Positions 9,434 through 18,861 of a stretch of 64,000 nucleotides of DNA are shown piece after piece. The position numbers and the translations under genes are program-made. The stretch spans positions 320,001 through 384,000 of the forward strand of contig CAVQUB010000013.1 of NCBI GenBank assembly GCA_963716725.1. Direction: 5' to 3'. A model generated the notes under the pieces. That model was not told where the DNA came from. It was given only the letters and a program-made list of their open reading frames with translations, and searched no databases. The stretch's first letter is position 1. Every line of letters starts with the position of its first letter. This DNA comes from an uncultured delta proteobacterium. GTDB lineage: Bacteria; Myxococcota_A; Polyangia; Polyangiales; Polyangiaceae.

Positions 9434-10960
9434 ATGCGGATCCGCCGTTGGGGCCTGGTCGCTGCCCTGCTCGCCCTTGGCTGCAGCAGCGAAGACGCAA
9501 GCTCGACGAGCGCGCCTCCAACCGCGGCCACGCCGCGTGACTCGACCCCCGACGGCCTGTTCCGCGACTTCATGGACGGCAAGTTCGACGGCCTAGGGCA
9601 CCCGCTGGACGCCGAGGTCTGGCAGGCCGAAGGCGACTGCAAGCCGACGACGGGCGTGAACGAAGCCGAGGGCCGCGGTCTGTCCACGACGAACCACGCT
9701 GGCGGCGTGGTCTGCAGCGCAACCTCGAAGACCATCGGACTCGGCCGCTTCACGCTCAACCTGCGGGCGCTCGTCACCGCCGCCTGCAGCGGCACCGACT
9801 GCGACGCGCCAGTGCTCACCGCGAAGATCAAGCGCCCTGACGGCACGACGCTCGAAGAAAAGACCTTCGGCTGGTCGAGCTTCTCGAGCCCGCTCACCTA
9901 CGCCAACGTCCCGTTGCGCTTCACTCACGCGGAGAGCGGTCCGGTCCAGCTCGAGGTGACCTGGAGCGGACAGGTCAGCGCGCGGCTCGACTATGTCGAG
10001 CTGTTCCGTTCTACCCAGAACCTGCTGGTCACGCCGTCTCAGGTGTTCGCGCCCGGCGCGACGATCGAGGTCGAGGCCGTCGATCCGCCTTCGGGTTTTC
10101 AGCTCATTTTTCACTGCAACGACAGCGAGCAGACGGACGCCGTCCAGAGCTTGCTCGAGAGCGGAGCTGCGACCCGCGAGGACACCGAATTCCGCAGCGT
10201 GTTTCGCTTCGTGGCTGACGACCTCGTGCAGAGCTGTCCACTGCCGAGCCGCCTCAGGTTCACCCTCGAGGCCAACGGCTGGAGCCGCGCAATGGCTCGC
10301 CTCAGCTTGTACTCAGAGGAGCCGCCCTGCACCTTCGTGCCCGGCACTCGCCGCGTGCTCTTGACGGGCTTCGAGCCCTTTCCAGCAGACTCGACCCACG
10401 ACAACAGCTCCGAGCGCGCCGTGACCGGCTTCGATCCGAGCAGCGTGCCGGGCGTTTCGGTGACCAAACTCACCTTGCCCGTCGAGTACGACACGGCCCC
10501 GGCCATCGTGGCGAGCGCCATCGCGCGCTGCAATCCGGACATCGTGATCGGATTCGGGCAAGGCCGCTCGGAGGTCGACCTCGAGACCACCGCCTACAAC
10601 ACCAAGAACTCGGCGGAGATCGCCGGCGGCTTCCCGGACAATCGAGGGCTCATCGCCGGTGGTGAGGCCATCGTCGCCGGCGGACCGGCCGAGTTGGGCA
10701 CCGGCCTGCCCAAAGAGAAGATCCACGCCTTGCTCTCCGAGGCCGGCGTCGCGGTGGGCTACTCGGACGATCCCGGGCGCTTCGTCTGCAACAACATCTT
10801 TTACCGAATCATGTCCGAGTCAGCCGGCACGCCCCGGGTCTCGGGCTTCGTGCACTTGCCCTACATGCACACGGTCGACGAGGCGAAGCAATCGACGCTG
10901 AACCAGGTCGTGAAGGCCGCCGTGACGGCCGCCGCCGAGAAGCACCAGTCGACGCAGTGA
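9434..10960 (+). CDS. Lipoprotein with C-terminal pyroglutamyl-peptidase I (peptidase C15) domain
   Basis: Lipobox LALGC; C-terminal LLTGFEPF, LPVEY, VDLE, GRFVCN and GFVHLP motifs (Glu-Cys-His triad). Confidence 0.85.
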   Translation: MRIRRWGLVAALLALGCSSEDASSTSAPPTAATPRDSTPDGLFRDFMDGKFDGLGHPLDAEVWQAEGDCKPTTGVNEAEGRGLSTTNHAGGVVCSATSKTIGLGRFTLNLRALVTAACSGTDCDAPVLTAKIKRPDGTTLEEKTFGWSSFSSPLTYANVPLRFTHAESGPVQLEVTWSGQVSARLDYVELFRSTQNLLVTPSQVFAPGATIEVEAVDPPSGFQLIFHCNDSEQTDAVQSLLESGAATREDTEFRSVFRFVADDLVQSCPLPSRLRFTLEANGWSRAMARLSLYSEEPPCTFVPGTRRVLLTGFEPFPADSTHDNSSERAVTGFDPSSVPGVSVTKLTLPVEYDTAPAIVASAIARCNPDIVIGFGQGRSEVDLETTAYNTKNSAEIAGGFPDNRGLIAGGEAIVAGGPAELGTGLPKEKIHALLSEAGVAVGYSDDPGRFVCNNIFYRIMSESAGTPRVSGFVHLPYMHTVDEAKQSTLNQVVKAAVTAAAEKHQSTQ

Positions 10961-11635
10961 TCAGGCGGCGGCGACGGCTCGCTGAGCGACCAATTCGCTG
11001 AGGCGCCGCTCCAGCTTGTGGCGCTTGGTATAGACCGTGGCGACGCTGATGCCCATTCGCGCGGCGATGGCCTCGGGCGCCAGATCTTGCCCAAAGTAGA
11101 GCGCGAAGAACTCTCGCTCGCGGTCCGAGAGACCGGCGAGCACCTTGGTGACAATCTGGGCCTGCTCTCGCTCCCAGAGCTCTTGGTGCGGGTCCGGGCG
11201 GTCGCACTCCGTCTCGAAGATCTCGATGCGCGTGTCCACCGGACAACGCTTGATCCGGCGCAGGTGGTCGTAGGTCGCCTGCATGGCCATACGAGTGAGC
11301 CAGCTGCCCAAACGCGCTCCGCGAGTCGGATCGAAGGACCGGAGCTTCTGCTTGTCACGTGCGATGAGCGAGAGGCAGAGCTTGGCGTAGACCTCGCGCA
11401 CGTCGTCGGAGCCGGTCACCGCGCCAAAGCGCGAGAGGATGCGCCCGATGGCTCGGTGCAGAGGCGCCGCGTAGATCGAGTTGAACTCGCGCCAAGCGCA
11501 GGGCTCGTCGGCGACGAGGCGCGAGACAAACACGGCTTCTTGCTGAAGCTCGGCCTTCGCGGCGGGCTTCTTGGGGGCTCGAAAGGAAGTGGCTTGGATC
11601 TGCATGACGTTGCCGGCGCCTACAGCAACCGACAT
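10961..11635 (-). CDS. ECF-type RNA polymerase sigma-70 factor
   Basis: Region 2 (DDVREVY...FDPTRGARLGSWL) and region 4 (LSDREREFFALYF...EAIAARMGISVATVYTK); start may be ATG 11606. Confidence 0.88.
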   Translation of the reverse strand: MSVAVGAGNVMQIQATSFRAPKKPAAKAELQQEAVFVSRLVADEPCAWREFNSIYAAPLHRAIGRILSRFGAVTGSDDVREVYAKLCLSLIARDKQKLRSFDPTRGARLGSWLTRMAMQATYDHLRRIKRCPVDTRIEIFETECDRPDPHQELWEREQAQIVTKVLAGLSDREREFFALYFGQDLAPEAIAARMGISVATVYTKRHKLERRLSELVAQRAVAAA

Positions 11636-11719
11636 GCCAGCCCCGAGTGGGCCGTTTCCTCAGCATTTCCCCGATTTCGGCTGTGGCGCGCGCGCCGCAG
11701 GTGCCCCGAGATCCGGGGC

Positions 11720-11749
11720 GCGCAGACCGCATCACGGGGCGGTCTGCGC
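11720..11749. terminator. 11-bp perfect stem hairpin (possible terminator or RNA structure)
   Basis: GCGCAGACCGC-ATCACGGG-GCGGTCTGCGC, spanning the stop of the 11732-11995 ORF; no clear U-tract. Confidence 0.35.
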
Positions 11750-11995
11750 CTCGATGGAGGGCGGCGGGAGACTCGACCCCGGCGGCGGCCACACGCGATA
11801 CGCCTGAACCGGCGCAGTCTTCCCTTTCACGCTGAGCGGGGCCAGCGCCTGCTTCGGAAAATCGGTGGGCAGGTTCGGAACGCTGATCGCGATCGCTCCC
11901 AGCCAGAGCCAGAGCGCGACGCGCGGCAGGGGTCTCGGCACCCGCGCCGCCGGCGTGAGCACCGTGAGCGCGGACGATGGCTTCGCCGCAGGCAT
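11732..11995 (-). pseudogene. Internally deleted remnant of a membrane adenylate/guanylate cyclase gene
   Basis: 87-aa ORF: N-terminal hydrophobic segment (VALWLWLGAIAISV) fused in frame to LPTDFPKQALAPLSVKGKTAPVQAYRV, which resembles the C-terminal vKGk..pv.vY motif of class III cyclases. Confidence 0.55.
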
Positions 11996-12011
11996 CGGCA
12001 GCGAGACTACC

Positions 12012-13028
12012 TCAGTCGCCGCACTCCACCTTCGCAGTCGTGTCACGAATCCAGGCCTGCACACCGCGGAGATCCACTGAGCGATCGTTGTGCGGCATCG
12101 GTAGTCCGCGGACGAACCAACTGGCCAATCGGTCCGACTCCGCCATCGACGGCTGGGGACAGACGCCAAAGGGCAGCGCGACCTGATGCACAGTGCTGCA
12201 GCCCACCCCAGGATTGCCTGTGAAATTGTTGGGGTTTCGCAGGAGCTTGTAGATCAGGTAGCTGTTCTCGGGTCGGCCGCGATCGATGATCGGCATGTTC
12301 ACTCCGAGCCGCGGCGGGTTCTCGAGGGGCTGGCCCGAGTGGGCTCCGCTCTCGGTTTGGTGGGCCACGCGGTCGATGGCGGTCTGCGCGAGTCCTTGGG
12401 CGTTGTCGAGCCGCAGCCCCATGCGCGCGTCAGCTCCGCCATGACAGCTATTGCTCGAGCACCCGGCGCGTTTTTCGACCGGAATGCCAGGCGCGAGGGC
12501 CTCTAGGAGCTGGCAGGTGTCTTCGAAGGGCGGGAGGGTCGGAGAGGGAGGCGCCGTCGGCGCTTCTCGTGTACGGAAGTCGAAGGTGAGGGGGACGCCT
12601 GCCTCCGCGAGCGGCGCGCGGTCGAAGGCCCGGAAACCAAGGTCGTCTTCCTCCTTTGGCGAGAGCAGCTCGACGGTGTAACGCACGCCGGGCTCGAGCC
12701 GGGCTCCGGACGGCAGTCGATACACGAGCACCCGCTCAACCAGGTCGTACTCCGGCTGCGCGAAGACGCCGAGATCTTCGCTCCCGGTGTAGATGGCGAT
12801 GGATTGCCGGACCGCCGTCGACGGCAGTAAGTACCGGTCGAAGCGGAGCTCGAGCGCGGTCTCCATAGGTACGCCGCAGTCGTCCGGCGCCCCAAGCCCG
12901 CACTCCGTGCCTGCGCCCGGAGCGGGGTGCACGGCGACGATGTGGAGCGGGGGCCCCTGAGACGCCTGCAACGTAGGCGTGCCCTGATCGCAACCGATCA
13001 GTGCCAGCGCGATGAAGGCGAGCTTCAG
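12012..13028 (-). CDS. Lipoprotein with Ig-like (Big_5-type) domain and C-terminal cytochrome c-like domain with atypical CX4CH
   Basis: Signal KLAFIALALIGC; ELRFDRYLLP Ig-like strand pattern; CSSNSCHG...GLRLD...GRPENSYLIYKL...PMP. Probable CTG start overlapping the upstream TGA. Confidence 0.7.
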   Translation of the reverse strand: MKLAFIALALIGCDQGTPTLQASQGPPLHIVAVHPAPGAGTECGLGAPDDCGVPMETALELRFDRYLLPSTAVRQSIAIYTGSEDLGVFAQPEYDLVERVLVYRLPSGARLEPGVRYTVELLSPKEEDDLGFRAFDRAPLAEAGVPLTFDFRTREAPTAPPSPTLPPFEDTCQLLEALAPGIPVEKRAGCSSNSCHGGADARMGLRLDNAQGLAQTAIDRVAHQTESGAHSGQPLENPPRLGVNMPIIDRGRPENSYLIYKLLRNPNNFTGNPGVGCSTVHQVALPFGVCPQPSMAESDRLASWFVRGLPMPHNDRSVDLRGVQAWIRDTTAKVECGD

Positions 13029-13279
13029 CTCTCGGCGTACATCCGGAGCTGCTCGCGGACCGTTGCTTCGCTCACGCCGGTGCGGATGTGATCCTTCAGG
13101 CAGTCGGCCAGAGTGATCAGCACGTCGTCGATGCCCTTCTCCTCGATGATCTTCGAAAGAAGGGCGCGCGCCTCGCGGCTGTCGTCCTCGCGCAGGAACT
13201 CCCGCACCTTCTCGACGGAGATGTCCCCCTGAAAGTCCAAGTACATGTTTTCCAAGAGATAGCGGACGAGCTCCTTCAC
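13025..13279 (-). CDS. Small acidic helical hypothetical protein (84 aa)
   Basis: GGAGG RBS before GTG 13279; protein-like composition and GC3-biased codons. Confidence 0.75.
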   Translation of the reverse strand: MKELVRYLLENMYLDFQGDISVEKVREFLREDDSREARALLSKIIEEKGIDDVLITLADCLKDHIRTGVSEATVREQLRMYAES

Positions 13280-13417
13280 GCGGGGCCTCCTGCAAAAGGG
13301 GAACCAGCGCTGAAGGCGCCGGCGAAGCTTCGTAATACCTCCCACGGGATTGCGCGGGCAAGCGGATTGAGCCGGCGCGGTCGAATTTCGACGACCCAGG
13401 CGTTCTGAGCCGAGACG

Positions 13418-14803
13418 TCACCGGCACTCCTGCAGCTGGGGGTCGGCCGGATCGTGACAAACCAAGCACGGGCGCGCGTTCTTGCGGAGCGCCCCGCGGC
13501 AGCGGTCGCGGAAATTCCGGGGGTGCGGGTTGACTCCCTGTCCCCCGAAGCCGGAGTCGCCCACGCCGGGGGTGCTCGGACCAAACCCCCGGCCACCCCG
13601 CGCCGGAGTCGCGTGACAGGTCGCGCAGTCGCGCTCAACGTGACAGCTCGCGCAGGCGTTGATGTTTCGCTGTGCTTCCCAGGCGTGGTGCGCGGAGGAA
13701 CGTGGAGGGTTGGACCACAGGTCGGCAGGGGGGTGAAAGCGACCGCGCCCCGCGAAGTTGGCGTAGGGACCGCTCATGGCGACGCCCGCCCGCTGGTGGC
13801 AGCCGACGCAGAACGATTGCTGGCGGTGACAGCTCGTACAGCTCGGGTTGTTCTGACGGGCCGCCATGGGGTGCATGCTGATCCAGTCGTTGGGATGGAT
13901 CTTGCGCGGCCGAACCCGACCGTCATGACAGTCAGTGCAGAAGCGCGGCTGGTGGCAGGTTGCGCACAGCTGGCTGTCGTTGCCCGCCACCTGCTTGTGC
14001 CGCTCGATCCAGTCGGCTCCATGCCCCGAGTCGTGGAGCCACTGTGGAGGTTTCAGGCTCCCGGACGCGAACTGGGTCTTCATCACCCCGCCCTTCTCGG
14101 TCAAGTGACAGTTCAGGCACTCGCCCTTGGCCTTGCCTCGGGCCGGCCCGGGCATCTGGTGACAAGTGAAGCACCCTTTCATGCGCGGCAGCTGATCACG
14201 GGTGGCGAGCTCGATGTTCTCCACGGCGCCATGACACTGAGCGCAAGCGATGTTCCGACTGGCGTGCACCGCGTGGTTCATTCGCAGGTTCGGCTGCGGC
14301 ATCACCATGCGCGCCACTCGGTTGCCGTCGCCCGCTTTGTAGCCGACGTGGCAGAAGCCGCATTGAGCAATCAAGGCATCGTCGTCGGTGGTCACGGCGG
14401 ACAAGTCGCGGTGGTCGCTGCCATGACACGCGTCGCAGCGGGTGGGCTTGGGCAAGAGCGAGTCCTGGCCGCGCTTGCTGGTCTTCGCCCGGTCGTGGCA
14501 GGTGGTGCAGCTGAGCCCGAGCTCCTTGACGTGTTTCTTGTGATTGAAGCGGATCGTCAGCTGCTGCGGCGGGAAGATCACCGGGCTCGGGCCGCCGTCC
14601 CCATGGACCGCACCGGGCGGGCGGTCGTGGAGCGGGACGCTGGCATTTCCCGGCAGCGGCGCCAGGCCTCGAACGCCAAGAGCCGGGGATGGCGGCGCGA
14701 CGGCGGGTGCGGCCCCCGAAGGCGCGGCGCGCGCTGCGTCGAGGCCCAAGCCGAGGCCGAGGGCCACGGTAGAGCTCAGGCAGAGCAGCCACAGTCCCCT
14801 CAT
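13418..14803 (-). CDS. Exported multiheme c-type cytochrome (cytochrome c3-like), 13 CxxCH motifs
   Basis: Signal peptide; CTTCH, CDACH, CGFCH, CAQCH, CFTCH, CLNCH, CATCH, CTDCH, CTSCH, CVGCH, CASCH, CATCH, CLVCH. ATG overlaps the upstream stop. Confidence 0.92.
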   Translation of the reverse strand: MRGLWLLCLSSTVALGLGLGLDAARAAPSGAAPAVAPPSPALGVRGLAPLPGNASVPLHDRPPGAVHGDGGPSPVIFPPQQLTIRFNHKKHVKELGLSCTTCHDRAKTSKRGQDSLLPKPTRCDACHGSDHRDLSAVTTDDDALIAQCGFCHVGYKAGDGNRVARMVMPQPNLRMNHAVHASRNIACAQCHGAVENIELATRDQLPRMKGCFTCHQMPGPARGKAKGECLNCHLTEKGGVMKTQFASGSLKPPQWLHDSGHGADWIERHKQVAGNDSQLCATCHQPRFCTDCHDGRVRPRKIHPNDWISMHPMAARQNNPSCTSCHRQQSFCVGCHQRAGVAMSGPYANFAGRGRFHPPADLWSNPPRSSAHHAWEAQRNINACASCHVERDCATCHATPARGGRGFGPSTPGVGDSGFGGQGVNPHPRNFRDRCRGALRKNARPCLVCHDPADPQLQECR

Positions 14804-16317
14804 TTGAGCACCGTGAGGTCGAGCGTGGCCAGCAAGCGATAGCGCTGACCGACGAGTCGGTTCGTGCTGTGCTCCCACTCGAGACCGAAGCGGGTTTCGT
14901 CGAAGGGCTTGATGCCGCCTCCGGCAACGTAAGAGAAGCTGGTCGCCGAGCGGTCCGTGCGAAGACCATCCTCCCAGTCGTAGAGCGATACGATGGCGAG
15001 GGTGTCGTAGAGGCCGCGGTCGAAGGCTTGATTCAGCGTCAGGTCACTGCCAACTCGGTGGCCGCGCTTGCCGGTCTCCGTCATGCCGCGCAGACCGAGA
15101 TTGCCATCGGACCAGCGGTACCGGCCCGCGAGGTTCCCGACGAAGTCCGTGAGCCGTCCGGTCTCGCTGCGATCAGGATCGCGTCCGGCTTGTTCGACGA
15201 TGCCGTAGCTGCCGCTGTCTCCTTCGGTTTCGAAGATCTTGGCTCCGCTGCTCAGCGCCACGTCAAATCGGGGCGACGGGCGCCACTCGGCTCGACCGAG
15301 CAGCGTGGTGATCCCGCTGTGCGAAAACCAATTCCAGATCGAGTCCCCGTCGAAGGTCGGGTAGCTGTAGTCGTAGTCGGCGCCGACCGAGATCGCCGAG
15401 GTAGTGTACCAGTCGAGGGCCAACGCGCGATCGCTCACCACCTGGCTGTAGAAGTCGTAGACCAAGTTGCCGCGGACCGCGCCCAGCGACGCTTCGCTGG
15501 CGCGGAGCGAGTATCCGATGCGTTCGCTGGATACGCGATCGCCGCCCACACGCTGATAGCCATCGCCGGCGTCCGGAAAGGGTGAGACGACCACACGATC
15601 ACGATTGACGACCTTGCGATACGAGAGACGGCCGTGGACGAAGTGCACGCCGGTGGTCTCGATCGCGAAGCCGAAGGCCGGCGCCAGCTTCGACTCGCGC
15701 AAAAAATAGGGAACTTGGTTCAGCTCGAGTTCTTGGCGGTTGCCGCGATAGACGCCGTCGGACGCGTAGCGTTCCGTACCAAGCAGCAGCGGCAGACCCC
15801 CGCGCTGCTCGAAGCCCGCGTAGGCTTCGACCTGAACGTAGGCCGGCGTGGTGAGCCGCACGAGCCCGCCGTCGAAGGACCACCAACCGAGAGAGTCGGT
15901 CACGTACTGGCGCCCGGCGCGAAAGCCCACGAAGCCGCCCAGGTAGTTGCGGCCCTCGAGGTACGCGTACATCACGTCCACCGGCGCTTGTTCGAGATCC
16001 GGAACGAAGGTGCTGGGCTGGCGCGGATTGCGCTCTTCTCCCTCCTTGCCGAAATCTGCGTCGAGTCGCAGCCGCGCCTTGAACGAGAGCTGGGGGCCGA
16101 AGGGCACGAATTCGCCCTGCATGTCGTAGACGTGGAGCGCGAGCGCTTGCGTGTAGCGCCTGCGCCGCACGACGGGATCACCCCACGGCGAGCGCAAGGT
16201 GTAGAACTGCGCGTCGCTGGTCGCTGCCACCTCTGCTTCGTACGCGTGCGCAGGTCCGCCGGTGAGCGGTAGCGTCAACGCGCTCAGAATGATCAGGCTC
16301 GCGCGACGACCTCTCAT
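14800..16317 (-). CDS. Predicted outer-membrane beta-barrel (porin-like) protein
   Basis: Signal peptide ending AHA; many amphipathic strands rich in Gly/Tyr/Phe/Trp (FRAGRQY, FDGGLVRL, VEAYAG, FGLEWEH); terminal strand YRLLATLDLTVLK. Confidence 0.75.
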   Translation of the reverse strand: MRGRRASLIILSALTLPLTGGPAHAYEAEVAATSDAQFYTLRSPWGDPVVRRRRYTQALALHVYDMQGEFVPFGPQLSFKARLRLDADFGKEGEERNPRQPSTFVPDLEQAPVDVMYAYLEGRNYLGGFVGFRAGRQYVTDSLGWWSFDGGLVRLTTPAYVQVEAYAGFEQRGGLPLLLGTERYASDGVYRGNRQELELNQVPYFLRESKLAPAFGFAIETTGVHFVHGRLSYRKVVNRDRVVVSPFPDAGDGYQRVGGDRVSSERIGYSLRASEASLGAVRGNLVYDFYSQVVSDRALALDWYTTSAISVGADYDYSYPTFDGDSIWNWFSHSGITTLLGRAEWRPSPRFDVALSSGAKIFETEGDSGSYGIVEQAGRDPDRSETGRLTDFVGNLAGRYRWSDGNLGLRGMTETGKRGHRVGSDLTLNQAFDRGLYDTLAIVSLYDWEDGLRTDRSATSFSYVAGGGIKPFDETRFGLEWEHSTNRLVGQRYRLLATLDLTVLK

Positions 16318-16359
16318 GGGGGAGCGAGACCCCAGCATCGTCGAGCGAATTGACGGCTG

Positions 16360-17325
16360 TCAACTCGCCGCGTGCTGCGCGGACTCGCCGCCGCTCGCCC
16401 ACCGGCCCAACTGCACGAGATCGGCGGGGGGCACGAACTCCGCCAGCTCGTCGAGCGCGCCCACCCGCTTGACGTCGGCGCCGAGCTTGAGGGCACAGGC
16501 CCGCGCGACGACCGCGACCAAGGGGTGGGGCGAGGCGGTCAGCGGCATCAGCTCGCCGAGCAGTGATCTCTCGCCGAGCTCGGCCGCGATCAAGGCGGCC
16601 AGCGGCCTGGCATCTGCCGGACCCGCGCCCTCGCCGGTGATCAGCCGAGCCAGCACACTCCGTGTCTCGGGACAAGCAACGCTCCCCGGGTGGCGGTAAC
16701 TCTTCGGTGAGAGCGCCAGCCGCTCTTCGAGTTCCCCGGAGCACAACAGCCAATGAGCCTGCGCGAGCAACCTCTCGCACACGGGCTCGAAGGCGTCATC
16801 GACACCCGTCGCACCGTCCAGGTCGAGCGCCAGCGGTCGGCCGGCTTCCTCGGCGTAGCGGTGCAGGTTGGCCTCGAGTCCTTCGAGCGCCACGTCCCCC
16901 GGCGCGCGGCCCCCCAGCGTCTCCTGGGCCGTGCGGATCTTCACTACGCTCCAGCGCGTCGAGGGCGTCGCTTGATCCATCTCGTGCACGGCCTCCACCT
17001 GTACCTCGCAGACCGCAGCCCAACGCAAGACGCGCGGCTCGCCTTCCGAATGCACCAACACCCCCCAAGGCACGATGGACATCCGCGCTTCGCGCATGCA
17101 CTCCCTCGACAGCACCGGACCCAGCGCGCGGTTCAGGAGCACGACACCCGCGGCCGCCAGCGCCACGGCCAGGGCCACGCTCACCCAGTCCAGTCGGCCG
17201 GCGATCAGCAGCGTGACGCAGAACGCCGAAGTGCCCACGGCGACCCGGGCGCGGCGCGCGCGCCGCGAGTCCGGACCCGGCTCGACGCCGACGAGGCGAA
17301 AGTCCGGTGGAGGGGGCGACACCAC
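16360..17325 (-). CDS. Hypothetical membrane protein (two N-terminal TM helices, HEAT-like C-terminus)
   Basis: Two hydrophobic segments; co-directional with neighbours with short gaps. Confidence 0.65.
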   Translation of the reverse strand: MVSPPPPDFRLVGVEPGPDSRRARRARVAVGTSAFCVTLLIAGRLDWVSVALAVALAAAGVVLLNRALGPVLSRECMREARMSIVPWGVLVHSEGEPRVLRWAAVCEVQVEAVHEMDQATPSTRWSVVKIRTAQETLGGRAPGDVALEGLEANLHRYAEEAGRPLALDLDGATGVDDAFEPVCERLLAQAHWLLCSGELEERLALSPKSYRHPGSVACPETRSVLARLITGEGAGPADARPLAALIAAELGERSLLGELMPLTASPHPLVAVVARACALKLGADVKRVGALDELAEFVPPADLVQLGRWASGGESAQHAAS

Positions 17326-17373
17326 CCCTCGAGGTTAGCACCTCCACCGAACCTGGCCGCCGCGGGCTGTCCC

Positions 17374-18735
17374 TCAGGGGAAGAGCTCGCGCTCTTCGTA
17401 GACCTGCCGCAGGCGCTCGAGCGCCACGCAGTAGCAGGCCGTGCGGAAATCGGTCTGATACTCGCGTGCGGCGTGGACCATGCGGCTGTACGCGTGCTCC
17501 ATCGTTTCTTTGAGCCGGCGGTCCACCTCTGCAAGGTCCCACGACTCGCTGCGGCGATTCTGCACCCACTCGTAGTAGCTGACAGTCACGCCGCCGGCGT
17601 TGGCCAGCACGTCCGGCAAGATGTCGATGCCTTTCTTGAGCAGCGCAGCCTCGCCTTCCGGATTGCAGGGTCCGTTGGCGCCCTCGGCGACTAGCCGCAC
17701 GGTCAGCGCGTCCGCTTCGGCCGGCCCGATCTGATTCTCGAGAGCCGCGGGCACGAAGATGTCGGCCTGGACGCCGAAGAACTCCTCGCGGGTGATGGCC
17801 TTTCCGTTGGGGTAGCCAGCGATGCTGCCCTTGTCCTCGACGTACTTCTGCAGGCGATGCGAGTTGAAGCCCTCGGGGTTGTACAGGTACCCCGTGTGGT
17901 CACCGACCGCCGACAGCGACACGCCCATGTGGCTCAGCAACACCGCGGTGTGAGAGCCCACGTTGCCGAAGCCCTGGACGATGAGCTTCTTGCCTTCGAG
18001 GTCGAACTGATTTCGCCGCGCCCAATCGACGATGCAGTAGACGACGCCCTGCCCCGTCGCCTTCTCGCGACCTAGGGTTCCGCCGCTGGCGATGGGCTTT
18101 CCGGTCACGACGCCGAGCACGGCCTGCTTCTGCACCATGCCCACGGTGTTCATGTAGGTGTCCATGGCCCACGCCATGGTCTGCGCGTTGGTACCCATGT
18201 CGGGCGCGGCGATGTCGTAGTCCGGGCCGATGTTGCCCCCGAGCGCGTGGAAGAAGCGGCGGGTGACGCGCTGGAGCTCGTTGCGACTGACGGTGCGCGG
18301 GTTGAACTTGATGCCGCCCTTGCCGCCGCCAAAGGGCAGGCCCATCAGCGAGCACTTGTAGGTCATCAGCGAGGCGAGCGCCTTGAAGTCGTCCAGGCTC
18401 GCGCTCTCGTGAAAGCGCATCCCGCCCTTGTACGGGCCGAGGATATTCGAGTGTTGGATGCGATAGCCCTTGAAGAGCCTCACCTGCCCGTCGTCCATGC
18501 GAACGGGGAAGTGACAGATGATCTCGTTCTTGGGCTGGCTCAGGATCTGGTGCACGTAGTCCGGCACCTTCGTCAGCTTGGCCGCCTTGTCGAGGTATCG
18601 CTGGACGACGTTGAAGAATTCGTAGCGCGGCGCGCCGGGCGGCAGGTTCGTCGGCGAGGAGATGTTCTCCTCTTCGAAGCGGCGGGACGATGGTGCGGGT
18701 TCTTTGATTGCCGGTTGGGATGGGGTGACGCTCAT
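17374..18735 (-). CDS. gdhA: Glu/Leu/Phe/Val dehydrogenase (glutamate dehydrogenase)
   Basis: GPYKGGMRF, LPFGGGKGG, APDMGT, GREKATGQG, QGFGNVG, EGANGP, PDVLANAGGVTVSYYEWVQN. Confidence 0.95.
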   Translation of the reverse strand: MSVTPSQPAIKEPAPSSRRFEEENISSPTNLPPGAPRYEFFNVVQRYLDKAAKLTKVPDYVHQILSQPKNEIICHFPVRMDDGQVRLFKGYRIQHSNILGPYKGGMRFHESASLDDFKALASLMTYKCSLMGLPFGGGKGGIKFNPRTVSRNELQRVTRRFFHALGGNIGPDYDIAAPDMGTNAQTMAWAMDTYMNTVGMVQKQAVLGVVTGKPIASGGTLGREKATGQGVVYCIVDWARRNQFDLEGKKLIVQGFGNVGSHTAVLLSHMGVSLSAVGDHTGYLYNPEGFNSHRLQKYVEDKGSIAGYPNGKAITREEFFGVQADIFVPAALENQIGPAEADALTVRLVAEGANGPCNPEGEAALLKKGIDILPDVLANAGGVTVSYYEWVQNRRSESWDLAEVDRRLKETMEHAYSRMVHAAREYQTDFRTACYCVALERLRQVYEERELFP

Positions 18736-18861
18736 TGGGGAGGGCTCCTCGTAGCGCTCGGGATCTTGCGCACGGGCTCAAAACGCGGTCAGCCCCAATT
18801 TTGACAACGCGCCGCGTCAGCGCGGTCACCCGTCAACCTGCCGCGCAACGGATGCGGGGAG

